From Acholeplasmatales bacterium (GTDB lineage: Bacteria; Bacillota_I; Bacilli_A; ML615J-28; CAG-313), in the NCBI GenBank assembly GCA_003539625.1, contig DPOU01000009.1, forward strand, positions 45,143 through 109,142: 64,000 bases of DNA, written 5' to 3'. Under the pieces are notes generated by a model. The model was not told where the DNA came from, did not search any database, and saw only the letters and a list, made by a program, of their open reading frames with translations. A program made the position numbers and the translations under genes. Positions within the stretch are counted from its first letter, which is position 1, and each line of letters opens with the position of its first letter. Positions 22,165-31,250 of the stretch are shown in pieces.

Positions 22165-23580
22165 ATGAGTATCATGCATAAAGAAATGTTTGGTATTAAT
22201 GAAACTTTAGCAAAAGAAATTCTTGAAGTTGCATTGTCAACTGGTGGAGATTTCGCTGAAGTATATATGGAAAAAACAACAAATGAAGTTCTTAGTCTAC
22301 ATTCTGGTAAATTGTCTACCGCAAACGTATCAAAGGTAAAGGGTGCCGCAATTCGTATTATTAAAGGCGAATTAGAGGTTAACTCATCAATTACCGATTG
22401 TACATATGAGAATTTATTAAAAGCAGCTAAGACTTTAGCTGGAAGCTTTAATGATAAGAAACATGTTGAAGTGCAACCATTTGTTGAAAAGAAAGTAGAA
22501 CTTGTTGTTAACCCTAAAAATGTTAGAGGGAACGACATAAGTCGTGAAGTTAATTTATTGAAGACCGCAAGTGATACAATTTACGCATATAGTAAAGAAA
22601 TTGTTCAAGTAATTTGTAATTTAACAAAAACGGAAAAACGTATATTTGTTTTTGCCAGTGATTCAACTTGGCAAACTGATTATCGTTGCAATACTAGACT
22701 TTCTTGTCAAGCTGTTGCTAGCGATGGTAAGGAAATGGAAACTGGTTTTGATTCATTTGGTCGTAATCAAGGTATGGAAATGTTTGATGACTTTGATGTT
22801 GTTCCTTTCGCAAAACAAGTTGCCCATGATGCTGTAGAAATGCTACATGCTGAACCAATGCAAGGCGGCGAAATGCCAGTAGTTATTAACAATGGTTTTG
22901 GTGGAGTTATCTTACACGAAGCTTGCGTTCATGGATTAGAGGCAACATCAGTCGCAAAAGGCATGAGTGTATTTTGTAATAAATTAGGACAAAAAGTAGC
23001 TAGCGACATTGTTAATGCCGTAGATGATGGAACTAACTTAAATGCTTGGGGTTCAATCAATGTCGATGATGAGGGAACTCCTTCAAAGTGCAACGTCTTA
23101 ATTGAAAATGGTATTTTAAAATCTTATTTAGTTGATAAACGTAATTCAAAGAAGATGAATCATCCAATCACTGGATCATCTCGTAGAGAATCTTACAAAT
23201 ATCAAACTACTTCAAGAATGACAAACACTTATTTCTTAAATGGTAAATCAACATTTGATGAAATCATCAAGAGCACTGAAAAAGGTTTATTCGCTGAAAA
23301 AATGGGTGGGGGAAGTGTTAATCCCGCAACCGGTGAATTTAACTTTGCCGTTCAAGTAGGTTACATGATTGAAAATGGTAAAATTACTAAACCAGTTAAA
23401 GGCGCAACTTTAGTTGGTTCAGGAAAAGACGTTTTACTTCACATTGATATGATTGGCGACAATTTATCTTGTGGGTACGGAATGTGCGGTTCAATGAGTG
23501 GATCTGTTCCAACAATTGTTGGTCAACCTACCATAAGAGTTTCAAAAATGACTGTTGGTGGAAAAGGAGGTAACAACTAA
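22165..23580 (+). CDS. tldD: Metalloprotease TldD
   Basis: PmbA/TldD fold with the HExxxH motif (HEACVH). Start set to the ATG after SD aggagg. Confidence 0.85.
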   Translation: MSIMHKEMFGINETLAKEILEVALSTGGDFAEVYMEKTTNEVLSLHSGKLSTANVSKVKGAAIRIIKGELEVNSSITDCTYENLLKAAKTLAGSFNDKKHVEVQPFVEKKVELVVNPKNVRGNDISREVNLLKTASDTIYAYSKEIVQVICNLTKTEKRIFVFASDSTWQTDYRCNTRLSCQAVASDGKEMETGFDSFGRNQGMEMFDDFDVVPFAKQVAHDAVEMLHAEPMQGGEMPVVINNGFGGVILHEACVHGLEATSVAKGMSVFCNKLGQKVASDIVNAVDDGTNLNAWGSINVDDEGTPSKCNVLIENGILKSYLVDKRNSKKMNHPITGSSRRESYKYQTTSRMTNTYFLNGKSTFDEIIKSTEKGLFAEKMGGGSVNPATGEFNFAVQVGYMIENGKITKPVKGATLVGSGKDVLLHIDMIGDNLSCGYGMCGSMSGSVPTIVGQPTIRVSKMTVGGKGGNN

Positions 23581-24911
23581 TGACTTTACAAGATGTAATT
23601 AAAAGAGGATTAGAACTTGGTTTAGAAGCAGTAGAAGTGTACGCTTGCAATAGTGAAAGCAATACTTTAAAACTTGATGAAGGTAAGTTAGAATCATATA
23701 ATATAAAAGAAATTTTTGGTGTATCTATCCGTGGCTTATATCAAGGTAAAATGGGTTACGTTTATACTGAAACACTTGAAGAAAATGAGGTTGAACAAAT
23801 CTTACACCAATTAGTTGAAAATACTAAATTACTAGATATGACAGAACCTGAATTTATGTATGAAGGTGGCGCATCATATGAAAGCGTTCCAGTTGTTGAA
23901 TCAGACTATAAAGAACATTCAACTGCTGAAAAGATTGATTTGTTAAAGAAACTTGAAAAAGAAACGCTTGCAACAAGTGACAAGATCAAAAAGATTGGTT
24001 ACTGTGAATATGATGAAGTATCAAAAGAAATTAATATCTTAAATTCTAAAGGATTAAATCTTAACAAAAAGTATTCTTATGTTGAAGCATTTGTTGGTGC
24101 TCTTGCTGAAGAAAACGATCAGACCGTGATGGGTTACTCAGTTGATGTTAATTTTAAATTAAATGATTTAGATACTAACAAAATCGTCAAAGAAGCATCA
24201 GAAATGGCTGTTTCACAACTTGGTGCAGGTTCTGTAAATAGTGGCAGATATCCTGTTGTATTAAAAAGAGATGTTGCAACTCCAATATTAGCTGCTTTTA
24301 GTTCAATTTTTGAAGGATCATCAGCTCTTTTAAAAACAACTATTTTAACTGATAAAATTGGTCAAAAAGTATTTGGTGACAACATCACTATTTATGATGA
24401 TCCATTCTACAGTGATTCATTAATTAAAGTTGCATTTGATGATGAAGGTGTGCCTTGTAAAACTAAAAAAATTGTTGAAAAGGGTGTATTCAAAGGTTTC
24501 TTACACAATCTTAAGACCGCAAATTATTTCAACGTGGAGCCTACTGGTAATGGTTTCAAAGAAGGTGTAGCTGGAAAAATTGGCACTGGTCCTACTAATA
24601 TGTTTATAGAACCAGGTAATTTAACCAAAGATGAAATTATTAGTACAGTTGAAAAAGGTATTTTTGTAACCGATGTTAATGGTTTGCATGCTGGTTTAAA
24701 TCCTATTTCTGGTGATTTTAATGTTCAAGCATCTGGCTTCATGATTGAAAACGGTAAAATTGCCAATCCTGTAACATTATTTGTTATCTCTGGTAACTTC
24801 TATGAAATGATGAATAATGTTGACTTAATTGGTAACGACATAGAAAAACGTTTCAACGAAATTGCATCACCTACTTTAAAGATTAAAGAACTTGCAATAT
24901 CAGGAAAATAA
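23580..24911 (+). CDS. pmbA: TldD partner PmbA/TldE
   Basis: Paralogous PmbA/TldD-family protein lacking HExxxH. Its start overlaps the tldD stop. Confidence 0.8.
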   Translation: MTLQDVIKRGLELGLEAVEVYACNSESNTLKLDEGKLESYNIKEIFGVSIRGLYQGKMGYVYTETLEENEVEQILHQLVENTKLLDMTEPEFMYEGGASYESVPVVESDYKEHSTAEKIDLLKKLEKETLATSDKIKKIGYCEYDEVSKEINILNSKGLNLNKKYSYVEAFVGALAEENDQTVMGYSVDVNFKLNDLDTNKIVKEASEMAVSQLGAGSVNSGRYPVVLKRDVATPILAAFSSIFEGSSALLKTTILTDKIGQKVFGDNITIYDDPFYSDSLIKVAFDDEGVPCKTKKIVEKGVFKGFLHNLKTANYFNVEPTGNGFKEGVAGKIGTGPTNMFIEPGNLTKDEIISTVEKGIFVTDVNGLHAGLNPISGDFNVQASGFMIENGKIANPVTLFVISGNFYEMMNNVDLIGNDIEKRFNEIASPTLKIKELAISGK

Positions 24912-24918
24912 AAAATAT

Positions 24919-24942
24919 GCAGTGATTTATTCACTGCTTTTT
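24919..24942 (+). terminator. Terminator after pmbA
   Basis: Stem gcagtga/tcactgc, loop tttat, then T5. Confidence 0.65.
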
Positions 24943-24997
24943 ATCTAATTTATTTAAATTATGGTAAAAAAGAATAAAATATGTTAAAATTACAAAG

Positions 24998-25255
24998 GTG
25001 AATATTGTGAATAATTATAATGAGTTACTTATAAATTTGCCTAAAATTCATACCACAGAATTAGGCTATGAACGCATAAAAAACAATTTAAATATTGGTG
25101 ATAGTGATGTTGTTAATTATTGCAAAAATTTAATTAACGATAGTAATTGTGAAATAGTGCAAATTGGAAAAAATTGGTATTGCAAATTAAACAATATTTG
25201 CATTACCGTAAATGCATACTCATTCACTATTATTACTGCACATATCATTAAATAG
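24998..25255 (+). CDS. DUF3781-family protein
   Basis: HTTELGYERIKNNL...GKNWYC...ITVNAYSFTIITAH matches my recollection of the DUF3781 signature. The start could be the GTG at 25007. Confidence 0.55.
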   Translation: MNIVNNYNELLINLPKIHTTELGYERIKNNLNIGDSDVVNYCKNLINDSNCEIVQIGKNWYCKLNNICITVNAYSFTIITAHIIK

Positions 25256-25285
25256 TTGTGTCAACTAATAGTAGACAAATTAGCA

Positions 25286-25314
25286 TTGACTTTTATTTTT
25301 ATAATAAGTAAAAT
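25286..25314 (+). promoter_or_regulatory. Candidate promoter for the XRE-family gene
   Basis: TTGACT, 17 nt spacer, TAAAAT. Confidence 0.45.
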
Positions 25315-25395
25315 AAAAATGCTTATGTGCGCGTTTGAAAAAAATTTAATCGGTAAATATTTAGCTCAACTTTTAAAAATGCACGTTAGGAGGTA
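25315..25395 (+). repeat. Copy A of an intergenic repeat (5' leader form)
   Basis: gcgtttgaaaa...ggtaaatat...ctcaac...ttaggagg. The conserved blocks align at the same spacing as in copy B (34533..34625). Its 3' end provides the SD of the downstream gene. Confidence 0.55.
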
Positions 25396-25399
25396 AGTT

Positions 25400-26146
25400 G
25401 TGAAATTATCAGAACAAATAAAAAAATATCGCAAAGAAAATAATTTGACACAAGAACAATTTGCCTCTAAACTTTTTGTTTCCAAACAGGCAGTTTCAAA
25501 ATGGGAAACGAATCGAAGTTATCCGGATATTAATTTATTACCCCAAATTGCTGAAATGTTAAACATTAGTATTGATGAACTTATCGGAAAAAAAGATACT
25601 GAAAATAGCACAAATAATCAGGAAAAAATTATTGAGAAAAAAATACCAAAAAAGAAAATATTTATATGCAGTGCTATAGTATTATTTATCGCCATATTTT
25701 GTGTTTTTTTAATATCAATATTAAATAGCAATAAATACTTGATTAAAACCAAAAAATATTTTAAAGTTAAAATGCCTGATATTGAAAGTTTCGAAATGCA
25801 AAACTTTGAAAACTGGCTCAATCAAGAAACTGAATTTGGTAACTATTATCCTAAATCAATGTATTACTATATCTTTAAAGATAATCAAAAACTTGAAGAT
25901 TTTTCTTTCCATTTAAATGAATCTGCTGATTGGGGTAAAGATAAAATGAAAACATCTAGTGAGTTTTTTCCAGTAGCTATAGAAAAATATCTCGCAAATA
26001 GTGATTACTATTGTTTGGTTAATGTCAAGACCAAAGAAATTAATAATTACGATTTAGAAAAAGGTATTAATCATTTTATGTTAGCCTGTTATCAAATAAA
26101 TAACAAAAGATTATATATTTTTGAATTTGACAAGGAGGTAAAATAA
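25400..26146 (+). CDS. Membrane-anchored XRE-family (HTH_3) transcriptional regulator
   Basis: N-terminal HTH (NLTQEQFASKLFVSKQAVSKWE), one TM segment (IFICSAIVLFIAIFCVFLISIL) and an unassigned C-terminal domain of about 130 aa. GTG start after aggagg. Confidence 0.7.
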   Translation: MKLSEQIKKYRKENNLTQEQFASKLFVSKQAVSKWETNRSYPDINLLPQIAEMLNISIDELIGKKDTENSTNNQEKIIEKKIPKKKIFICSAIVLFIAIFCVFLISILNSNKYLIKTKKYFKVKMPDIESFEMQNFENWLNQETEFGNYYPKSMYYYIFKDNQKLEDFSFHLNESADWGKDKMKTSSEFFPVAIEKYLANSDYYCLVNVKTKEINNYDLEKGINHFMLACYQINNKRLYIFEFDKEVK

Positions 26147-26964
26147 TGAAAAAAATTGTAAAGATATTTCTGTTACTTTTTATTGTGCTAGTTATTACAT
26201 CATGTTCTAATAATAGAAAAGATTCAACACCTACTCTTGATGATTCAAGCAGCAAAATTGTCGGCAAATATTATACTAACGTTGATTGCGTTTTTTTACC
26301 AAGTTGGTCGGAAGATTCAGTTGAATATGAAACTGAAGCGCATAAAAATCGTTTTATTATTAAATTTAGTGAGAATTGTGATTATGTTTCACAACCAATT
26401 AAATATAAATTAGACGCAACAACATTTTCTTTCACATTTAATTGTAAAATTAGAGAAAGTGATTTAATTAAAAGATACGACGTATATGAAGATGGTGTTT
26501 ATTTAAATTATAGTTGCTTTATTGATAAATATGATAATGTGTATATTGCGGAAATCAGTATTGATAAAGAAAAAGTATATAATATAGATATAATGTGGCG
26601 ATTAGTAGAAGAAAGCCAAAAAATAAAAACAGTTATGTATGATTATTATTTGAATTTTGATTCTTCAATTGATAAAGAGATTGTTGTTGATACTAATAAA
26701 ATAGCTGCGGTTGAAAAAGATAGTTCTTTAGATTCAACTAGTTTCTTAGAAGAATTTAAAGACAATTTACAATTAAATGGTTCATACAAGTATGTAGATA
26801 ATTTAATTGTTTTTGCGTATAATAAATATAACAGTATTGTTGCAATCGATACAAGTGGTCCAAAGATTCAATATTATTATCTTGTAATGCAAGATGATAA
26901 CAATATAGTTACTTATCAAAGTTATAATTCAATAACAGAATTACCGATAAATAAACACTCATAA
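26146..26964 (+). CDS. Lipoprotein of unknown function
   Basis: Signal peptide with lipobox ITSC. The start overlaps the stop of the XRE gene. SD aaggagg. Confidence 0.6.
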   Translation: MKKIVKIFLLLFIVLVITSCSNNRKDSTPTLDDSSSKIVGKYYTNVDCVFLPSWSEDSVEYETEAHKNRFIIKFSENCDYVSQPIKYKLDATTFSFTFNCKIRESDLIKRYDVYEDGVYLNYSCFIDKYDNVYIAEISIDKEKVYNIDIMWRLVEESQKIKTVMYDYYLNFDSSIDKEIVVDTNKIAAVEKDSSLDSTSFLEEFKDNLQLNGSYKYVDNLIVFAYNKYNSIVAIDTSGPKIQYYYLVMQDDNNIVTYQSYNSITELPINKHS

Positions 26965-27044
26965 GGGTGTTTATTTGCTTTTTTTAAGTAATAATGTTAT
27001 AATATTGCGTAAATATCAAATTAAATCAAAATTAAGGAGTTAAT

Positions 27045-28754
27045 ATGAAAGCTAGTAAAATGTTAATTGCAACCCTAAAGGAAGCACCAAATGAAGCAAT
27101 TATATCTAGTCATATTTTATTAATAAGAGCTGGTATGATTCGTAAATTAGTTGCTGGAGTATATAATTATTTACCACTCGGACTAAGAACTTTACATAAA
27201 ATTGAAAACATTATTCGTGAAGAAATGGATGAAGCAGGTAGCCTTGAGATCTTGTCTTCAGCTATTCAACCTAAAGAATTATGGGTTGAATCAGGAAGAT
27301 GGCAAAAATATGGACCTGAACTAATGCGTTTTAAAGATCGCCATGATCGTGAATTTTGTTTAGGACCTACTCATGAAGAAATATTTACTGATTTAGTAAG
27401 AAATGAAATTAAATCACGTAAAAATTTACCTATTAACTTGTACCAAATTCAAACAAAATATCGTGATGAATTACGTCCTAGATTTGGATTAATGCGTGGT
27501 AGAGAATTCATTATGAAGGATGCCTATAGTTTTGATTTAGATCAAACTGGTTTAGATAAGTCATATAAATTAATGTATGAAACTTATGAAAAGATCTTTA
27601 CTAGACTTGGTTTAAACTATAAGATTGTGCTCGCGGATACAGGCGCAATCGGTGGAAGTGGCTCTCACCAATTTATGGCTATTTCTGAAGTTGGCGAAAG
27701 CGACATCATTTATTGTGATGAATGTGGGTATGCAGCTGACCAAGAAAAAGCTGAATCAGTAGCCGAAGATACAAATAGTACTGATGAAGAAAAGCTTTTA
27801 AACAAAGTCCATACTCCAAAACATAAAACTATAGAAGAAATATGTAAATACTTAAATATTACTCCAAAGCAAGTAGTAAAATCACTTATCTATTACAATA
27901 TTGCAAATAATAGCTTAGTTATGGTATTAGTAAGAGGCGATCGTGATGTAAATGAAATCAAAGTTATCAATGCTTTAGGTATTGCTGAACATGAATTAGT
28001 GTTAGCTTCTAATGAACAAATAAGTTCAATTGGTTCAGTAGAAGGCTTTGTTGGGCCAGTTAACCTAGATATTGAAACATTAGTAGACGAAGAAGTTACT
28101 AAAATGAAAAACTTTGTCGTTGGTGCTAATGAAAGTGATTATCATTTTGAAAACGTTAATTTTGGTCGTGATTTCACTGGTAAAGTACTTCAAGTTAGGG
28201 CTACAGTCGATAATGATTTATGTCCAGTTTGCCATAAACCTTTAAAAATGGAAAGAGGCATTGAAATTGGTCAAATTTTCAAACTTGGAACTAAATACTC
28301 AGATCCGTTAAAATGTACATATCAAGATGAACAAGGTATCGCAAGACCAATGGTAATGGGCTGTTATGGTATTGGTGTAACTAGAACTATGTCTAGTATC
28401 ATTGAACAAAATCATGATGAACATGGTATTATCTGGCCTTTAAATGTAGCACCATATCATGTTGTAGTTGTTCCAATCAATTATAATGATGAAAATATGC
28501 GAAAAGGTGCCGAGTACATTTATGAAACTTTGAAAAAAGCCAAAGTTGAAGTTGTTTTAGATGATCGTGATGCTAAACCTGGCTTTAAATTTAAAGACTG
28601 GGAATTAATAGGTATCCCATTTGTAATTACTGTTGGCAGATTAGCTGAAAATGGCGAATGTGAATTAAAAGTAAGAAAAACTCTAGAAAAAACTGAAATG
28701 AGCTTTAATGATGCTATTAATAAAGTTATCGAAGCAGTAAAAGATATTAAATAA
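27045..28754 (+). CDS. proS: Proline--tRNA ligase (bacterial type with INS editing domain)
   Basis: Class II motifs (FRDELRPRFGLMRGREFIMKDAYSF, GCYGIGVTR) and an inserted editing domain. Confidence 0.9.
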   Translation: MKASKMLIATLKEAPNEAIISSHILLIRAGMIRKLVAGVYNYLPLGLRTLHKIENIIREEMDEAGSLEILSSAIQPKELWVESGRWQKYGPELMRFKDRHDREFCLGPTHEEIFTDLVRNEIKSRKNLPINLYQIQTKYRDELRPRFGLMRGREFIMKDAYSFDLDQTGLDKSYKLMYETYEKIFTRLGLNYKIVLADTGAIGGSGSHQFMAISEVGESDIIYCDECGYAADQEKAESVAEDTNSTDEEKLLNKVHTPKHKTIEEICKYLNITPKQVVKSLIYYNIANNSLVMVLVRGDRDVNEIKVINALGIAEHELVLASNEQISSIGSVEGFVGPVNLDIETLVDEEVTKMKNFVVGANESDYHFENVNFGRDFTGKVLQVRATVDNDLCPVCHKPLKMERGIEIGQIFKLGTKYSDPLKCTYQDEQGIARPMVMGCYGIGVTRTMSSIIEQNHDEHGIIWPLNVAPYHVVVVPINYNDENMRKGAEYIYETLKKAKVEVVLDDRDAKPGFKFKDWELIGIPFVITVGRLAENGECELKVRKTLEKTEMSFNDAINKVIEAVKDIK

Positions 28755-28768
28755 TAGGTTTTATATGT

Positions 28769-30409
28769 ATGAAAAAATTTATTAAGTTGTTAATAGTCAT
28801 AATTACTAGTATATTCATACTAACTGGTTGCGATATTACATCAACTAATGGAGAAACCAAAAAACTTGACACTCCATATCTTGAGTATGGTACAAATAGT
28901 ATTATTTGGGATTCAATTACCAATGCGTATGAATATTTAATCTATGTTGATGATGTTTATCTAACTAAAACTAATCATGCTTATTTTGATGATTTTGAAT
29001 TATCTGGAAAAACAGGTATGCTTTACATTATCGCAAGTGGTGATAAATCACGCTTTGAAAATAGTGATATTAGTAATAAAATAAATCTAGCAGATTTAGC
29101 CAATGTAAAAAGTAGTTATGAATCTAAGTTTTTAATGATTAATGATACTCATGGTGCTTTTGTAGATAATCAATATCCCGGAGTAGAACGACTTGCTAGT
29201 TTGATTAAACAACTAGGTGATGAATACATTAAAATTGCTAATGGTGATATCTTGCAAGGTTCGTATATTTCTAATATCTTATGCGGATACCCAATGATTG
29301 ATGCATTAAACAACATGAATTTTAATGCTTATGTTATTGGTAATCATGAATTTGATTGGGGTTTAGATAAGATTGCAGAATATAAAGATGGTAATTTAAC
29401 TAATGGTGAAGCTAATTTTCCCTTTTTAGGTGCAAATATAATAGATAAAAAAACTAACGAAATTGTCGACTTTTTAGAACCATATACAATAATTGAAAAA
29501 AAAGATGTTCGAGTTGGTATAATCGGATTAATAGGCTCAAGATTAACCTCATCAATTCTTTATGAAAATGTAAAAGATTATGAATTTATTGATTGTGTTG
29601 ATGTCGCCAAAAAATATGCAAAAGAGTTACGTACAACTAAAAACTGTGATGTTGTTGTAGTTGCAATTCATGATTATGATTATGAAACTAACTATCAATT
29701 AGCTCAATTAGAAAATGATGAAACAATAGATGCCATATTCTGTGGACATACTCATACTTATGAAAATGAATATCAAACTAGAAAAGATGGTGTAAATATT
29801 CCGATAGTTGAAAATAGAGACAAAAATCAAACTGCAGTATCTGTTTTACTAGAATTAAACGTTCGTAAAGATTTAGTTAAATACAATGTCAATTTCTATA
29901 ATCCCGCAAATTTTAATCTAGATCCTGATATGACAAAAGTTCTAAAAGAATATCAATCATACATTGATGAAGGTAACCGATCACTTGGTATTGCAAGTTC
30001 ATATTTAGATAAAAATACTCTTGGTAATATTTCGGTTGAAGCTATGCGTGATTCATTCAAAACTGATTTTGCCATTTTAAATACTGGTGGAGTACGTGCT
30101 TATATTTCTGATGGAAATGTAACAGTTTCTGACGTTTACAATGTTTTCCCATTTAATAATGAAGTATATCTTGTTGAAATTAAGGGAAGCGATTTGTTAA
30201 GATTTTATTATAATGCTGATTACTACATCTACATCAATAAAAATTTTAATGCATCAGAGATTATTTCTGACAAGACCTATAATGTTGCAATTATTGATTA
30301 TGTCTTTACAAGTAGGTATTATCAATCATACTTTGGAAATGTCAAATATGTAGATACTGATGTAATAATGCGAGATTTGGTTATTGAATATATCGATAAT
30401 CTTATATAA
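28769..30409 (+). CDS. Lipoprotein 5'-nucleotidase/metallophosphoesterase
   Basis: Lipobox LTGC. Metallophosphatase motifs NDTHG, GNHEFDWG and GHTH. C-terminal 5'-nucleotidase-like domain. N-terminal extension of about 100 aa. Confidence 0.8.
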   Translation: MKKFIKLLIVIITSIFILTGCDITSTNGETKKLDTPYLEYGTNSIIWDSITNAYEYLIYVDDVYLTKTNHAYFDDFELSGKTGMLYIIASGDKSRFENSDISNKINLADLANVKSSYESKFLMINDTHGAFVDNQYPGVERLASLIKQLGDEYIKIANGDILQGSYISNILCGYPMIDALNNMNFNAYVIGNHEFDWGLDKIAEYKDGNLTNGEANFPFLGANIIDKKTNEIVDFLEPYTIIEKKDVRVGIIGLIGSRLTSSILYENVKDYEFIDCVDVAKKYAKELRTTKNCDVVVVAIHDYDYETNYQLAQLENDETIDAIFCGHTHTYENEYQTRKDGVNIPIVENRDKNQTAVSVLLELNVRKDLVKYNVNFYNPANFNLDPDMTKVLKEYQSYIDEGNRSLGIASSYLDKNTLGNISVEAMRDSFKTDFAILNTGGVRAYISDGNVTVSDVYNVFPFNNEVYLVEIKGSDLLRFYYNADYYIYINKNFNASEIISDKTYNVAIIDYVFTSRYYQSYFGNVKYVDTDVIMRDLVIEYIDNLI

Positions 30410-30412
30410 GTA

Positions 30413-30438
30413 GACGCCCTTTTAAAAGGGCGTTTTTT
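30413..30438 (+). terminator. Terminator after the 5'-nucleotidase gene
   Basis: Stem gacgccc/gggcgt around loop ttttaaaa, followed by T6. Confidence 0.7.
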
Positions 30439-30496
30439 AACGTTTGAATTAATATTTACTCACCTAAAATTATTTCAAACGCTCACAGAAGGCTAT
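30439..30496 (+). repeat. Copy C of the intergenic repeat
   Basis: aacgtttgaatt...atttcaaacgctcacagaaggct. The hairpin arms are cgtttgaa/ttcaaacg. It matches the reverse complement of 41175..41230 at 39/56 positions with no gaps (hand alignment). Confidence 0.6.
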
Positions 30497-30503
30497 TGTA
30501 TAT

Positions 30504-30528
30504 AAAAAAATAATAGCAAAAAGCTATT
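30504..30528 (-). terminator. Terminator for the minus-strand gene 30527..31039
   Basis: Minus strand aatagc-ttttt-gctatt followed by a T-run. The stem is AT-rich and short. Confidence 0.4.
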
Positions 30529-31039
30529 ACTCTTCTTTGACAATTTTGTCAAGTTTATGAACACTTATAAGATTTGCTCCATATACATCAGTAGATGGAT
30601 TAACAATGATAATTTCTGATTCATTAATATATTTAACGATTTCTTTAGGATTATTAGTAAAAGCTACAATCTTTTTACCAACATAATCTTCATTCATAAA
30701 AGTCGCAATTTCATTTAGATATCTTCTATGTGGTTGATGTTTACCAGGAGTGTTACCGGCTCCATATTTAAGTTCCCAAGTTGATTTATTATTTATTTGA
30801 ATTTGTGAATAATTTGGGATGTAAACAAATTTAATAAAATAACTATTATTATTTGAAAAAACTACGTTAATAACTGATTTATCAGTATCTAGTCTTGATA
30901 TTTGTTCATTAGTATATTTTGTTTTCAAATGGTTTTCGTAATGTCTTATCTTTTTATTCACTTCAGATTTTGGTAATCTAACGCTATAAATAAAGACTAT
31001 AATTGCTATTATTACAACAAATATAATGATAAAATACAT
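30527..31039 (-). CDS. Membrane-anchored hypothetical protein (faint NERD-like pattern)
   Basis: N-terminal TM segment. FIKFVYIPNYSQIQINNKSTWELKY...GKHQPHRRYLNEI loosely recalls the NERD core. I could not make a firm family assignment. Confidence 0.45.
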   Translation of the reverse strand: MYFIIIFVVIIAIIVFIYSVRLPKSEVNKKIRHYENHLKTKYTNEQISRLDTDKSVINVVFSNNNSYFIKFVYIPNYSQIQINNKSTWELKYGAGNTPGKHQPHRRYLNEIATFMNEDYVGKKIVAFTNNPKEIVKYINESEIIIVNPSTDVYGANLISVHKLDKIVKEE

Positions 31040-31165
31040 ACTATCACCTCAAGGCAAAAACTATCATACTTTGAACTTTTTTGCAAACAAAACACATTTA
31101 ATTTTTAATTGATTTAATTCTTTGGTTTATGAAAAAAACATAAAAAATTTACATTAACCTTTTAT

Positions 31166-31194
31166 TTGACACTAAAGCCTTTTTGTATTATAAT
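31166..31194 (+). promoter_or_regulatory. Sigma-A type promoter for nrdDG
   Basis: TTGACA, 17 nt spacer, TATAAT. Confidence 0.55.
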
Positions 31195-31250
31195 TTTGAC
31201 ATACTTTTTAACAAAAATAAAAATTTGATTGTATTTAGGGAGGTTTGGTT

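Noticed and set aside
22140-22538. 132-aa minus-strand ORF, and similar antisense ORFs (2701..2940, 11457..11654, 15528..15869, 21265..21633, 42106..42306, 59062..59409, 63602..63930 and others)
   Set aside because: All lie wholly inside well-supported genes on the other strand. They have low-complexity translations and no start signals, as is typical of shadow ORFs in AT-rich DNA.
25324-25392. Leader peptide ORF (MLMCAFEKNLIGKYLAQLLKMHVRR) within repeat copy A
   Set aside because: The homologous copy B has no equivalent ORF. Its frame is closed upstream, leaving only an 11-codon remnant. The peptide similarity simply reflects nucleotide similarity.
31040-31250. NrdR boxes upstream of nrdD
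   Set aside because: Only half-matches to the palindromic NrdR box as I recall it (acacatttaatttt, acactaaag) are present, with no convincing 16-bp palindrome.
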